In this document: positions 7,611 to 16,869 of the stretch, piece by piece
Layout of the letters: each line of letters starts with the position of its first letter
Numbering within the stretch: position 1 is the first letter of the stretch
DNA from: an uncultured virus (IMG/VR IMGVR_UViG_3300047160_003987)
Taxonomy: Duplodnaviria > Heunggongvirae > Uroviricota > Caudoviricetes
Reading direction: 5' to 3' (one strand)
IMG/VR virus record: IMGVR_UViG_3300047160_003987
DNA length: 20,000 bases
The notes under the pieces: generated by a model
What the model was told of the DNA's origin: nothing
Databases searched by the model: none
The model's input: only the letters and a program-made list of their open reading frames with translations
Program-made: the position numbers and the translations under genes

Positions 7611-10600
7611 TTATGTACACTGCACATAAAGCGCGGTAATAAAGATCGATGATGCCGCCGCCGACACCGTCGCCGTCCAATTGTTCGCCGCCGTCGCCTG
7701 CACCATCGCACTGTCAACCGGCACCGTAAAACCTCGCATGTCGCCCGCAGGAACCATCACCGTCATGCGCGTTGTTCCCGCCGTCGAATCCTTGATCGCA
7801 ACGTTGACCGCCGTGCCGCTCGTGTTCGAGATCGTCAGGCCATAAATATCGTTGAATACACCCGATGAGCCCGCCGTCACGATCGTGGTTTCCGTCGTCG
7901 TTGTGATCGTCGTGGTCTGAAGCTTCTTGAGATCGCGCAGCGCCCCCACCACCACCTGCTTGCCAAGCTTGTCAAATATTGCAGTGACACGCTGGCCATC
8001 ACTGACCGCGGTCGGGTTTGCCGTCTTGGCAAGGCCGCCAATTTTCTGTGGGTTGCCGCTGTCCGTCGTGCCGGACGCTATTTCGCCGACACACTGCTGG
8101 TTCACAGTCGACTTGATATTCACCAGCACGTTGCCGGCGCTGTCCAACTGCAACGGCGAGGAATTGCCGCTGGTGATCGTCGTCGGCGTGGTGTTGAACT
8201 CACCCCCGATCAAAATAGCCTGCCCAGGCGTCGCAATGTTCTGCGTCGAGGCAAAGTCAAAGACACCGCCGCCATTGCCGACACAGCGCGAGGTCCATGT
8301 GCCACCTTGCGAGGCCGTGCACAGGAAATTCGCAGCATTGTTCTGAAATGCCAGCGTCTCATGCGCCGCCGTCGTCAGATCCGACTGCACCGCCACCGTG
8401 CCCGTGCCGGCAATGACCGTCGACAACCTGGCGCGGACGTTGGTCGCCCCCGTCGCAATGATCTGGAAGGCCTGGTTCGTGCTGGCCACAAACGTATAGG
8501 GGTTGGTCAGCTGCGATCCCGTTACCGGGTCGATCAGCCGGCTGACCGGAATGGTCTTGTAATTCGTGCCGCCATCATACGACTCTTCGAACGTCACTGC
8601 GCCACCCGTCAGCGTCGTACCCTGTGTCAGCTGGCCTACAATGGTGTTGTAGGTGACAAATGTTGTCGCCAGCATGCTGATGACGGAATTCAGCGTCGTC
8701 ACCGACGTCCATGATCCAGTGCCTTGCGTCGGACTCGGCGTATAAACCCACAATGGTGACGCATTGCTGCCAAGCTCGATCCCCGTCGCCGTCCGCAAAT
8801 TGACAAAACCGGCGCGGTTGGCCGTCATCTGCCACGCACCGCCCTGCCCATTGGTCAAGGCATTGTTCGTGGCCGTGGTCTGGAAAAAACCGCCCGCAGG
8901 CGTGTAATTGGTCGTGCCCGCGGTAAATGCCGCCGCGTCCTGCGCCGCCGTGCCGCCACTGCCGGCCCCCGCCTTGATGTTGACCAGCAAATTGCCGGAC
9001 CCATCCATCTGCAGCGGGCTCATGTTGCCGCTGGTGATGGCCGTCGGCGACGTGTTGAACTGCGCCAGCGCCATTACGCCATTGGCCACACTCGCGCTGT
9101 TCTGCGTGCTCGACCCAATGCCCCAGTTCGCCGCCGTCAGCGGATCAACCTGCCCCTTTAAATTTGCCGCCGTGGCCTGTTGCACCGTCACCGCGGCCGC
9201 AACGCTCACCGGCTGTGTCACTGCGCTGCCATCGACCTTCAGCGCCGTCGTATTCGCCCCCGTGCCGGTCAGATCAACCCGCAGCCCGCCCGTCGTGGTC
9301 AGGCTCAATGGGCTGGTCTGGGCCGTCGTATAAGATGGCGCAGACGTCGTGACTGCCCCCATGCCCAAATTGCCCGTCTGTCCCGATGTCGTCGACCCCT
9401 GGGTGGCATTGCTCGGTTGGTTGGCGCTGGTTGAAGCGCCGGTCGGCAGCGATACCGTGCCGCTGACATTGGTGATGTTCCAGGTCCCGCTCTGGCTGGC
9501 CGGAAACACCCCGCCCGTGCCCGTCACCAGCCACGCCGTGGTATTCGCCGTGTTGCCCGGTTGAACCGTCCAGGTCCCACTCTGCGTCACCGCCACAGTG
9601 CCGCTGACAGGCTGAGTGACCGCCGAGCCGTCAACGCGAAGCGCACCGGCCGTGGTCAGCGAAAAAGGACTAGTCTGCGCGGTCGTATAGCTTGGCGAAC
9701 CGGTAGTGACGGCGCCCATGCCCAACGTACCAGTTTGGCCCGACGTCGTTGATCCCTGCCCCGCATTGCTCGGTTGGTTTGCGCTGGTCGACGCCCCGGT
9801 TGGCAGACTGATCGTTCCAGAGATATTCGTGACGTTCCAGGTGCCGCCTTGGTTCGCCGTCACGGTCCCGCTGACCGGCTGCGTGGCTTGCCAGAACGTT
9901 CCGCTCACCGGCTGGGTGACAGCTGAACCATCGACGCGTAGGGCCCCGGCAGTCGTGAGCGATAGATAATTGCTGGTCGCCGTCGTGTACGAGGGCGCCG
10001 CAGTAGTCACAGCACCCAAAGCTAAACCGCCCGTTTGACCGGACGTGGTGCTCGCTGCAGCAGCGTTCGTAGGCTGGTTCGCTGAAGTAGCCGCTCCCGT
10101 AGGCAGGGGCAGGCTGGCAGCACTCACAGGCTGGGTCGCCTGCCAAAACGTTCCCGTGACCGCCACAGAGGCGTTCGTCAAATTGACGTTCGCGCTCGTC
10201 GACGTCATCGCCCACGTCGTTCCGTCCGGCTTCATACTCCATGGGGCACCCCCTTGGTTCGCCGTAACCGTGCCAGTCACCGTCGCCGTGCCAGTAATGC
10301 TGACCGAACCCGATACCGGCTGTGTCGTCGCACTGCCATCAACGCGTAAACCACCCGCGGTCGTCAGGCTTAACGGGTTGGTCTGCGCCGTCGTGTAGGT
10401 CGGCGCACCCGTCGTGGTAAACCCCATAGCCACGTTGCCAATTTGGCCCGAGCTGGTCGAGCCAACTGCCGCCGCCGTGGGTTGGTTCGCCGATGTAGCC
10501 GCGCCAGTAGGCAGTGGCAGGGAGGCCGCCGACACCGGTTGCGTCGTCTGCCAGAACGTCCCCGTCACCGCGACAGACGCATTCGTCAGGTTGACATTGG

Positions 10601-13600
10601 CAGACGTCCCAGTCAGCGCCCAGGCCGTCCCGTCCGGCTTCATCGTCCATGGCGCACCTCCTTGGTTCGCAGTGATGGTCCCAGATACCGGCTGCGTCAC
10701 CCCCGAGCCGTCAACCACAAGCCGGCCAACCGAACTCAACAGCAAGCCGTTCATTTGCCCCGTGGTCAGCGTCGGCGGGCTGGTCAAATATTGCCCGCCT
10801 ATCGCCGTGCCCGTCGCTGGAAAGCTCGATCCGAACGAACTCGATGTCCCGCCGCCACCCGAGCCCGCGATCACATTGACCCGAACCGCACCACTGGTAT
10901 CCAGGCTGATCGGACTGGTCTGGCCCGTCGTATAGCTCGGGTTGCTGGTCGTCACCGCACCCATCGACAGCGCGCCAGTCTGGCCACTCGTTGTCGACCC
11001 CTGCGCCGCATTGCTGGGTTGGTTGGCCGATGTCGCGGCGCCGGTCGGAAGGCTGATGGTGCCTGAGATATTATTGATATTCCAAGTGCCGCCCTGCGAG
11101 GCCGTGCACAGCAGGTTGGCAGCATTGTTCTGGTAAGCTACCAACTCATTTAAATTCGGCGTCGATAAATAATAGATCGTGACCGTGCCAGTCCCAGCGA
11201 TCACAGTCGACAACCGAACACGAACCTGGGCGCTGCCCGTACTAACGATCTGCCAGGCCAAATTGGTGTTCGCTACCAGCGTATACGGGTTGGCAATTTG
11301 CGCCCCCGTCGACGGATCGATCAGCCGCCCAGCCGGCACCGCCTTCCATACCGTGCCATTGTCAAACGTCTCTTCAAACGTCACCGCGCCGCCAGTGATC
11401 GTGGTCCCTTGCGTCAGTTGCCCCTGCAGCGTGTTATATGCAGCACTGCTGCTGGGAATAACTGCGACCGTCGTGTTCAGCGCCGTCGCCGAGGTCCATG
11501 CCACCGAACTCTGCGTCGACGGCAAACTCGGAATGACAAAAAGCGGTGAGCCGCTAACACCCAATTGGTTGCTGTTGGCATCCCGCAAATTCACCTGCAA
11601 AGCCCGATAGGCCGTCAGCTGCATCGTGCCCTGCTGGCCAGCTGTCAGCGGGTTGCTGTTCGCGCTCGCCTGATAAAAACCGCCAGACGGTGTAAAATTG
11701 CTGCTGCCCGCCGTGAACGTGCTTTCATCCGCCGCCGCCGTCCCACCACTGCCCGCACCAGCCTTGATATTCACCAACAAATTGCCAGCACTATCCAGCT
11801 GCAGCGGGCTGGCATTCCCCGACGTGATGGTCGTTGGCGTCGTATTAAACTCGCCACCCACCAGGAACGCATTGGCCGGCGCCGACACATTCTGCCCGGC
11901 AAAGTCCAGGATCGCACCCGCATTGCCAACCGTGCGACTGGTCCAGTTGCCACCCTGGTTCGCCGTGATGGTGCCGCTGATCGGTTGCGTCACCGCCGAG
12001 CCATCCACCTTCAACGCACTCGAGGCCGTGACCGCCGCCGTGTTGCCGCCCTGGCTGATCGAGGTCAACCATGGCGTGCTGTTGGCGGTATTGCCGGGCT
12101 GAACCGTCCACGTGCCGCCCTGCGAGGCTGTGACCGTGCCGCTGACAGGCTGGATCGTGGCCGAGGCATCCGTGCGTAACGCACCCGCCGTGGTGAGCGA
12201 GAACGCATTGCTCGTCGCTGTCGTATAGGACGGCGCCGCAGTCGTTACAGCACCAAGAGCCAGATGTCCGGTCTGCCCCGTCGTCGTACTGCCCAATGTC
12301 GCATTGCTGGGCTGGTTCGCTGATGTTGCAGCCCCAGTCGGTAACGAAACGGTCCCCGAGATATTCGTAATGTTCCAGGTGCCCGACTGCGTCGCCGCCA
12401 CTGTACCCGAGATCGAGACCGAGCCCGAAATAGGCTGCGTCACCCCGCTGCCATCCACACGCAGCGCCCCCGCCGTCGTCAGCGATAACGCATTCGACGT
12501 CGCCGTGGTGTAGCTCGGCGCACCCGTCGTGACCGCCCCCAGCGATACCGTCCCAGTCTGCCCCGATGTCGTCGACCCCAGGCTCGCATTCGATGGCTGG
12601 TTCGCACTGGTCGACGCCCCCGTCGGCAGCGAGATCGTGCCCGTCACATTGGTGATGTTCCAAGCCCCGCTCTGCGTCGCCGCAATGGTCCCGCTCACAG
12701 GCTGCGTCGCCTGCCAGAAGGTCCCGCTCACGGGTTGCGTCACAGCGCTGCCATCGACTTTAAGCGACCCGGACACATTGGTCTGCAGCGCCACCATCTG
12801 GCCATTGGTCAGCGACGGCGGTGTCGAAAGGTATTCAGCGCCCGCCGCGGTGCCCGTCGTCGGAAACGTCGCGCTGAAGTTGGAACTTGTCCCGCCGCTG
12901 CCCGCCCCACCCGTAATATTCACGTTCAGCGAACCCGACGTGCTCGAGATCGCATTCCCCGACCCATCCTGCGTCCGCGTCAACCATGTCCCGCCCTGGT
13001 TCGCAGTCACAGTTCCGGATACGGGCTGCGTTACACCGGACCCATCCACCCGGATCGCACCCGCCGTTGTCAATGAGATCGGGTTGGTGTTCCCATTCGT
13101 ATACGTCGGCGCCGAAGTCCCCACAGCGCCCTGCACCAACGTTCCCGTCTGCCCGGCTGTGGCCGAACCCTGCGCCGCCGCCGTCGCCTGGTTCGCGCTC
13201 GTGGCCGCCCCAGATGGCAACGGAAGGGCACCAGCAGAGATCGGCTGTGTCACTGCCGACCCATCCACCTTCAGCGCGCCCGCCGCGCTCACGGTGGCGC
13301 TGTTGCCCCCCGCATTGACCGTCATCAGCCATGGCGTCGTGTTCGCCGTGTTCCCAGGCTGCACCGTCCAGGTTCCCGACTGGCTCACAGGAACCGTGCC
13401 CGTGATCCCGATCGAACCCCCCGAGATGGCGACCGTCCCGGATACAGTCTGCGTCACCCCGGACCCATCAACCCGCAATGCACCCGCCGGCGTGAGACTC
13501 AGCGGGTTGGTCTGGCTGGTCGTGTAACTCGGCGCCGCCGTCGACGTCGCCCCCATCGCCAGATGCCCGGTCTGACCGGATGTCGTCGACGCAATAGCCG

Positions 13601-13970
13601 CATTCGTCGGCTGGTTCGCCGCCGTCGCCGCACCCGTCGGAAGGCTGATGGTCCCCGTGATGTTGGTGATGTTCCACGTGCCGCTCTGCGTGGCCGCCAG
13701 CGTCCCCGATACCGACCACGGCCCGCCGCTCTGCGTCACGGCGCCAATAACGTTCGCCCCCGCCTGCAGCACAATGCCGCCAACAATGTCCCGCGAAATC
13801 GAACGCAACTTGGCAGAGACCGACCCCGCAGCGCCAGCTGTCACCGCGAGGTCCGTTGACGCGCCATAGGTGATATTCGCACCGTCAAGCAGCGTCTGCC
13901 CCAACGTCGTGATGGTGCCGGTCCCCGAGGTGGGAACGCCGTTGACGATGCCTACAATGGGATCGGCCAT
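7611..13970 (-). CDS. Giant repetitive fibre/adhesin-like virion protein (2119 aa)
   Basis: Uninterrupted 6.36-kb ORF dominated by T/G/A/S/N/Q/V with few charged residues. Nine copies of an approximately 68-aa LP(T/S)GA(A/S)T(S/A)ANQ...SLTTAGALRVDGSxVTQPVS module plus other repeated modules. Confidence 0.9.
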   Translation of the reverse strand: MADPIVGIVNGVPTSGTGTITTLGQTLLDGANITYGASTDLAVTAGAAGSVSAKLRSISRDIVGGIVLQAGANVIGAVTQSGGPWSVSGTLAATQSGTWNITNITGTISLPTGAATAANQPTNAAIASTTSGQTGHLAMGATSTAAPSYTTSQTNPLSLTPAGALRVDGSGVTQTVSGTVAISGGSIGITGTVPVSQSGTWTVQPGNTANTTPWLMTVNAGGNSATVSAAGALKVDGSAVTQPISAGALPLPSGAATSANQATAAAQGSATAGQTGTLVQGAVGTSAPTYTNGNTNPISLTTAGAIRVDGSGVTQPVSGTVTANQGGTWLTRTQDGSGNAISSTSGSLNVNITGGAGSGGTSSNFSATFPTTGTAAGAEYLSTPPSLTNGQMVALQTNVSGSLKVDGSAVTQPVSGTFWQATQPVSGTIAATQSGAWNITNVTGTISLPTGASTSANQPSNASLGSTTSGQTGTVSLGAVTTGAPSYTTATSNALSLTTAGALRVDGSGVTQPISGSVSISGTVAATQSGTWNITNISGTVSLPTGAATSANQPSNATLGSTTTGQTGHLALGAVTTAAPSYTTATSNAFSLTTAGALRTDASATIQPVSGTVTASQGGTWTVQPGNTANSTPWLTSISQGGNTAAVTASSALKVDGSAVTQPISGTITANQGGNWTSRTVGNAGAILDFAGQNVSAPANAFLVGGEFNTTPTTITSGNASPLQLDSAGNLLVNIKAGAGSGGTAAADESTFTAGSSNFTPSGGFYQASANSNPLTAGQQGTMQLTAYRALQVNLRDANSNQLGVSGSPLFVIPSLPSTQSSVAWTSATALNTTVAVIPSSSAAYNTLQGQLTQGTTITGGAVTFEETFDNGTVWKAVPAGRLIDPSTGAQIANPYTLVANTNLAWQIVSTGSAQVRVRLSTVIAGTGTVTIYYLSTPNLNELVAYQNNAANLLCTASQGGTWNINNISGTISLPTGAATSANQPSNAAQGSTTSGQTGALSMGAVTTSNPSYTTGQTSPISLDTSGAVRVNVIAGSGGGGTSSSFGSSFPATGTAIGGQYLTSPPTLTTGQMNGLLLSSVGRLVVDGSGVTQPVSGTITANQGGAPWTMKPDGTAWALTGTSANVNLTNASVAVTGTFWQTTQPVSAASLPLPTGAATSANQPTAAAVGSTSSGQIGNVAMGFTTTGAPTYTTAQTNPLSLTTAGGLRVDGSATTQPVSGSVSITGTATVTGTVTANQGGAPWSMKPDGTTWAMTSTSANVNLTNASVAVTGTFWQATQPVSAASLPLPTGAATSANQPTNAAAASTTSGQTGGLALGAVTTAAPSYTTATSNYLSLTTAGALRVDGSAVTQPVSGTFWQATQPVSGTVTANQGGTWNVTNISGTISLPTGASTSANQPSNAGQGSTTSGQTGTLGMGAVTTGSPSYTTAQTSPFSLTTAGALRVDGSAVTQPVSGTVAVTQSGTWTVQPGNTANTTAWLVTGTGGVFPASQSGTWNITNVSGTVSLPTGASTSANQPSNATQGSTTSGQTGNLGMGAVTTSAPSYTTAQTSPLSLTTTGGLRVDLTGTGANTTALKVDGSAVTQPVSVAAAVTVQQATAANLKGQVDPLTAANWGIGSSTQNSASVANGVMALAQFNTSPTAITSGNMSPLQMDGSGNLLVNIKAGAGSGGTAAQDAAAFTAGTTNYTPAGGFFQTTATNNALTNGQGGAWQMTANRAGFVNLRTATGIELGSNASPLWVYTPSPTQGTGSWTSVTTLNSVISMLATTFVTYNTIVGQLTQGTTLTGGAVTFEESYDGGTNYKTIPVSRLIDPVTGSQLTNPYTFVASTNQAFQIIATGATNVRARLSTVIAGTGTVAVQSDLTTAAHETLAFQNNAANFLCTASQGGTWTSRCVGNGGGVFDFASTQNIATPGQAILIGGEFNTTPTTITSGNSSPLQLDSAGNVLVNIKSTVNQQCVGEIASGTTDSGNPQKIGGLAKTANPTAVSDGQRVTAIFDKLGKQVVVGALRDLKKLQTTTITTTTETTIVTAGSSGVFNDIYGLTISNTSGTAVNVAIKDSTAGTTRMTVMVPAGDMRGFTVPVDSAMVQATAANNWTATVSAAASSIFITALYVQCT

Positions 13971-13972
13971 GC

Positions 13973-14386
13973 TCAGAACCCGCAGAGATAGTAGGTTGGC
14001 ACATACGACGCCGGCGTAATAAACACCTGCGTTGGTAGCTGCAACGTATCTCCCAGCGAGCCCGTGGCGGTGATCGTGATGTTGTCGGTTCCTACCGCCA
14101 TGCTGCTAGAGTTGACCTGCAGCTGGTTCCCGACAATGGTAAAATACCCCAATTGATCGTACGTCAACGAATAGGTGTAACTCGGCGATCCTCCCGTAAC
14201 CGAGATCGTGGCCACCACAGTCCCAATTGGCGAACCGGCCGGAACCATCAGCGGCGAGGGCGTCAGGACTATGGTCCCGCTCGGAACGTCCTCAATGATC
14301 CCCAGATCAGCAAACCTCGGGAATGCCCCGAGAAACGCAAGATAGACTGTTAACGCACCCGAGGCGGCTTCAAACCATCCAACCAT
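13973..14386 (-). CDS. Cadherin/Ig-like domain protein (up to 137 aa; start uncertain)
   Basis: SPIGTVVATISVTGGSPSYTYSL...FTIVGNQLQV...ITITAT resembles a cadherin-like repeat. Stop lies 2 nt before the fibre start; overlaps the upstream gene by 37 nt. Confidence 0.75.
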   Translation of the reverse strand: MVGWFEAASGALTVYLAFLGAFPRFADLGIIEDVPSGTIVLTPSPLMVPAGSPIGTVVATISVTGGSPSYTYSLTYDQLGYFTIVGNQLQVNSSSMAVGTDNITITATGSLGDTLQLPTQVFITPASYVPTYYLCGF

Positions 14387-14916
14387 TTGCGGTGCTCCGC
14401 AATGTCCTCAGCCAATTGCGTCTCGCGAAGCTCAAGATCGTGTTCAACCCGCATGTTCTTCTCGATCACCTTCTTAAGCGCATCCTCCCGCTGGCCTATA
14501 TCCTTGGCTTTGCGATCTAGCTCGCGCTCACGGCCTTCCAACATGACCTCGCGTTCCTCTACCTTCGCCATCATCTCAGCCGCCTTCCGCTCAGCATGCT
14601 CAGACTGCTGCTTGGCTCGCTCGGCTGCCTCCCGGGCCGCCTTCGCATATCCAAACTCGCTGGTCGCCTGCGAGGCCAGCTTGTCCGTCTCATGCCGGAT
14701 CTTCTCAGCTTCAGCATGGGCATGCTTGGCAGCCGCCTTGTCATCCTCTGTTGCCTTGCGCTGTTTCTCGTACGCCTCCTCGATCTTCTTGCGCTCCTCT
14801 ACCATCAGCTTCAACGCCGCCCGCGCCTTCTCAGGGTCCGCCAATACCTGAAGCAAAGCAAAAACAGAACCAGCATCACCTGAGACCGGCGGCAGATAGG
14901 GTTGCAGACTCATCAT
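14350..14916 (-). CDS. Coiled-coil protein (188 aa)
   Basis: Continuous E/K/R/A-rich heptad-like sequence; GAGGG SD. Confidence 0.85.
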   Translation of the reverse strand: MMSLQPYLPPVSGDAGSVFALLQVLADPEKARAALKLMVEERKKIEEAYEKQRKATEDDKAAAKHAHAEAEKIRHETDKLASQATSEFGYAKAAREAAERAKQQSEHAERKAAEMMAKVEEREVMLEGRERELDRKAKDIGQREDALKKVIEKNMRVEHDLELRETQLAEDIAEHRKWLDGLKPPRVR

Positions 14917-14926
14917 CGCTTTGCCC

Positions 14927-15244
14927 TCATGAATTGGTGATCACGCTCACAACATGGCCGGCGCCATCCTGCACCATCTTGTATTCAGTCTGGTTCGCCG
15001 CAAGCCTTTGGTTGTTCGCCGTCGCAGTCGTCGTCGCCGGCGGGCCTATCGCGATCGAACAGACCACATCCGTATGCAGCCGGACCAGACGCGTGTTCGC
15101 ATTGAAGGGCGATGACTGCGCCGCCGAGGCGCCTATCGTTATCGGCGCCTGATCCACGATCCCGGGCTCACGCACCAGCTGCGGCGCAGAGTTGGAAAAG
15201 GCCTGCGGAAGGTCATGATATTCAGTGACATATAGTTTCGCCAT
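14927..15244 (-). CDS. Small beta-rich phage protein, probably virion-associated (105 aa)
   Basis: AGGGGA SD. MAKLYVTEY...TRLVRLHTD...RLAANQTEY resembles small phage structural proteins (recalled, not searched). Confidence 0.8.
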   Translation of the reverse strand: MAKLYVTEYHDLPQAFSNSAPQLVREPGIVDQAPITIGASAAQSSPFNANTRLVRLHTDVVCSIAIGPPATTTATANNQRLAANQTEYKMVQDGAGHVVSVITNS

Positions 15245-15428
15245 GCTTATCCCCTTCTTCGGCGATCAATTGCTTGATGCGATCATGATCAGCATGAGCT
15301 ATCAATTTCTCAAAAACCCTGTCGCTCATCGCAAGCAACATCTCGATTTCCAGCTTAAGCTTCTTGATCTTGCGCTTTCGCCTGCGCTGCTTCCTGCCCA
15401 TATCCTGCCTCAGCTGCTTCCTGCCCAT
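15222..15428 (-). CDS. Small basic hypothetical protein (68 aa, or 59 aa from the second start)
   Basis: GAGG SD before both MGRKQ starts; co-oriented. Confidence 0.6.
   Translation of the reverse strand: MGRKQLRQDMGRKQRRRKRKIKKLKLEIEMLLAMSDRVFEKLIAHADHDRIKQLIAEEGDKHGETICH
15386..15428. repeat. 16-bp direct repeat with 27-bp period, duplicating the start MGRKQ
   Basis: gctgcttcctgcccat at 15386-15401 and 15413-15428. Confidence 0.9.
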
Positions 15429-15496
15429 GCCATCGCCTCAGTTCTCTACCCACTGCCTTCATAGCAGGTTTCGCCCGAACTGGAAATGCCGCGGTA

Positions 15497-15709
15497 TCAT
15501 TCCGTCTCCAACATCATAGCCTCGATCTCGCCGAGGCCCTGCAGATACTTCATCCCAATAAGCGGCCCCATATGGTCCCGCATCCGCACGTCAGTCAGGC
15601 ACATCCGCAGCGTCATGCAGGCTGCCTCGAAGGTATCGACTTGGTGCGGCGTTAACAGATGGCCGTTAACAACGATCTCAGGCATGACTTCCTCAGCGAC
15701 AGGCATCAA
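15497..15709 (-). CDS. Hypothetical protein (70 aa)
   Basis: Overlaps the stop of the upstream gene; co-oriented. Confidence 0.7.
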   Translation of the reverse strand: MMPVAEEVMPEIVVNGHLLTPHQVDTFEAACMTLRMCLTDVRMRDHMGPLIGMKYLQGLGEIEAMMLETE

Positions 15710-16089
15710 TGCACCTGCACCGCAACTAACCCAAGCTGCCTTTCCATCAGCCGGCTAAACTGCTTGGAAAGTCTCTGCGCTCCCTTGCGCGTGCAGTCGA
15801 GACAGAACGGGCAACCAAACCCCTCGATCTCCTTCGCCCCATCCTCACTGAGTTTAGCAAACCCGAAACCGCCCAAATTCCCAGGATCATCATCATCGAG
15901 ATCCTCGAGGCGGTGAATAACCTTGGTGCAGGAAAAGCAGCGCGGCCTCTCATCGGTATACTGAAAATGTTTGTCCCAATGTAAGAACGCTTGAAGGAAC
16001 TCGCGTGCTTGCTCAGTACCCGCATCCGCGGCCCGCGCTGTTTCCTCAAAGTCCTGTATACGGATCATCTGAATGCCAACGACCGTCAT
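15706..16089 (-). CDS. Hypothetical protein with CxxC...CxxCxxC, putative Zn-binding (127 aa)
   Basis: CFSC and CPFCLDC motifs; GGAGG SD; ATGA overlap. Confidence 0.75.
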   Translation of the reverse strand: MTVVGIQMIRIQDFEETARAADAGTEQAREFLQAFLHWDKHFQYTDERPRCFSCTKVIHRLEDLDDDDPGNLGGFGFAKLSEDGAKEIEGFGCPFCLDCTRKGAQRLSKQFSRLMERQLGLVAVQVH

Positions 16090-16667
16090 TCTCTGCCTCC
16101 CAGCTTTTGCGGCTTGTACTCAATAGGTATCGAACGTGAGCGCTCGATCTCATCGATCTCGTCAATAAGCGTCTGCAGAATATTGGCCTGGTTTTGACCA
16201 CTCAGCTCTGTCGTCGCAATAGCCGTCAGCTTCGCATGAACATAGCCAGCAACATCGCGAGCATAGTCGCGAGACTTATCGTATAATCTCTCGATCTCTG
16301 CCTCTAACGCGTTGGTCTTGGCTATCGTTAGTGGTGTCACCGGCTGATGCGATATCTCATCAAGCATAGCCATTATGTCGCGGATCGCGGCCGCATGGTA
16401 ATGCATCCCCATCAAAAGCATCTGCTTAGGCGTAATATCGTGGACGTCCCCAGATGGCCCATTGATGATACGGGCGACCGTAATGCGCCGATCGATCACT
16501 ACCGGATCGCGCATGGCTTGGCCTCTACGCCCCAGCGCCTCATACATGATCTCACCCGGGCTTTCGTGGGTGCGGCGCAGTCGGCGGACACGCTCGCCCT
16601 CATACCCTTTGGGCTTAGGCCGCTTGCGAGCATTGCCCCGATGCTCACCTTTCTTGCTTCCGGCCAT
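16086..16667 (-). CDS. terS: Probable terminase small subunit (193 aa)
   Basis: Basic N-terminus MAGSKKGEHRG..., TPKQMLLMGM helix and the ARDVAGYVHAKLTAI segment (cf. the A-A-P-Y-x-H-x-K-L motif of TerS-like phage proteins). Size is typical, and there is no better TerS candidate next to terL. Confidence 0.55.
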   Translation of the reverse strand: MAGSKKGEHRGNARKRPKPKGYEGERVRRLRRTHESPGEIMYEALGRRGQAMRDPVVIDRRITVARIINGPSGDVHDITPKQMLLMGMHYHAAAIRDIMAMLDEISHQPVTPLTIAKTNALEAEIERLYDKSRDYARDVAGYVHAKLTAIATTELSGQNQANILQTLIDEIDEIERSRSIPIEYKPQKLGGRE

Positions 16668-16869
16668 CTCGCCTCAACTCCCTGACGCCACGTTTCCTGT
16701 GCTGCATATCTTCCAGCACAGCAAGCGCACCCTGGCAAAGAGCGGCCGCAGCACGAAGCCATTCAATGACATCAAGCTCCAGCCTGGCACGCCGTCGCCT
16801 GTCAAACCGTGGCCTGCGCTTCTTGGCTACCAGGCGTCGACCGCCAGTACGCTTTTTACTTTCGGCCAT
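16645..16869 (-). CDS. Arg-rich hypothetical protein (74 aa)
   Basis: Co-oriented, with short overlaps at both ends. Confidence 0.6.
   Translation of the reverse strand: MAESKKRTGGRRLVAKKRRPRFDRRRRARLELDVIEWLRAAAALCQGALAVLEDMQHRKRGVRELRRDGRKQER

Noticed and set aside
7927..13869. Many plus-strand and alternative-frame ORFs inside the giant gene (e.g. 12529-13527, 11845-12663)
   Set aside because: These are shadow ORFs caused by the biased codon usage of a repetitive GC-rich gene; their repeats mirror the real protein.
4065..13970. Diversity-generating retroelement or invertible fibre system
   Set aside because: No reverse transcriptase or recombinase, and no near-identical repeat pair differing only at adenines was seen; repeat divergence looks synonymous.
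14316..14332. Hairpin ctcggg-aatgc-cccgag as a terminator
   Set aside because: Only 6 bp, weak U-tract, and it lies within the probable cadherin-like CDS.
14350..14916. Tape measure, scaffold or spanin assignment for the coiled-coil protein
   Set aside because: Too short for a tape measure, no transmembrane segment or lipobox, and no capsid or lysis genes adjacent.
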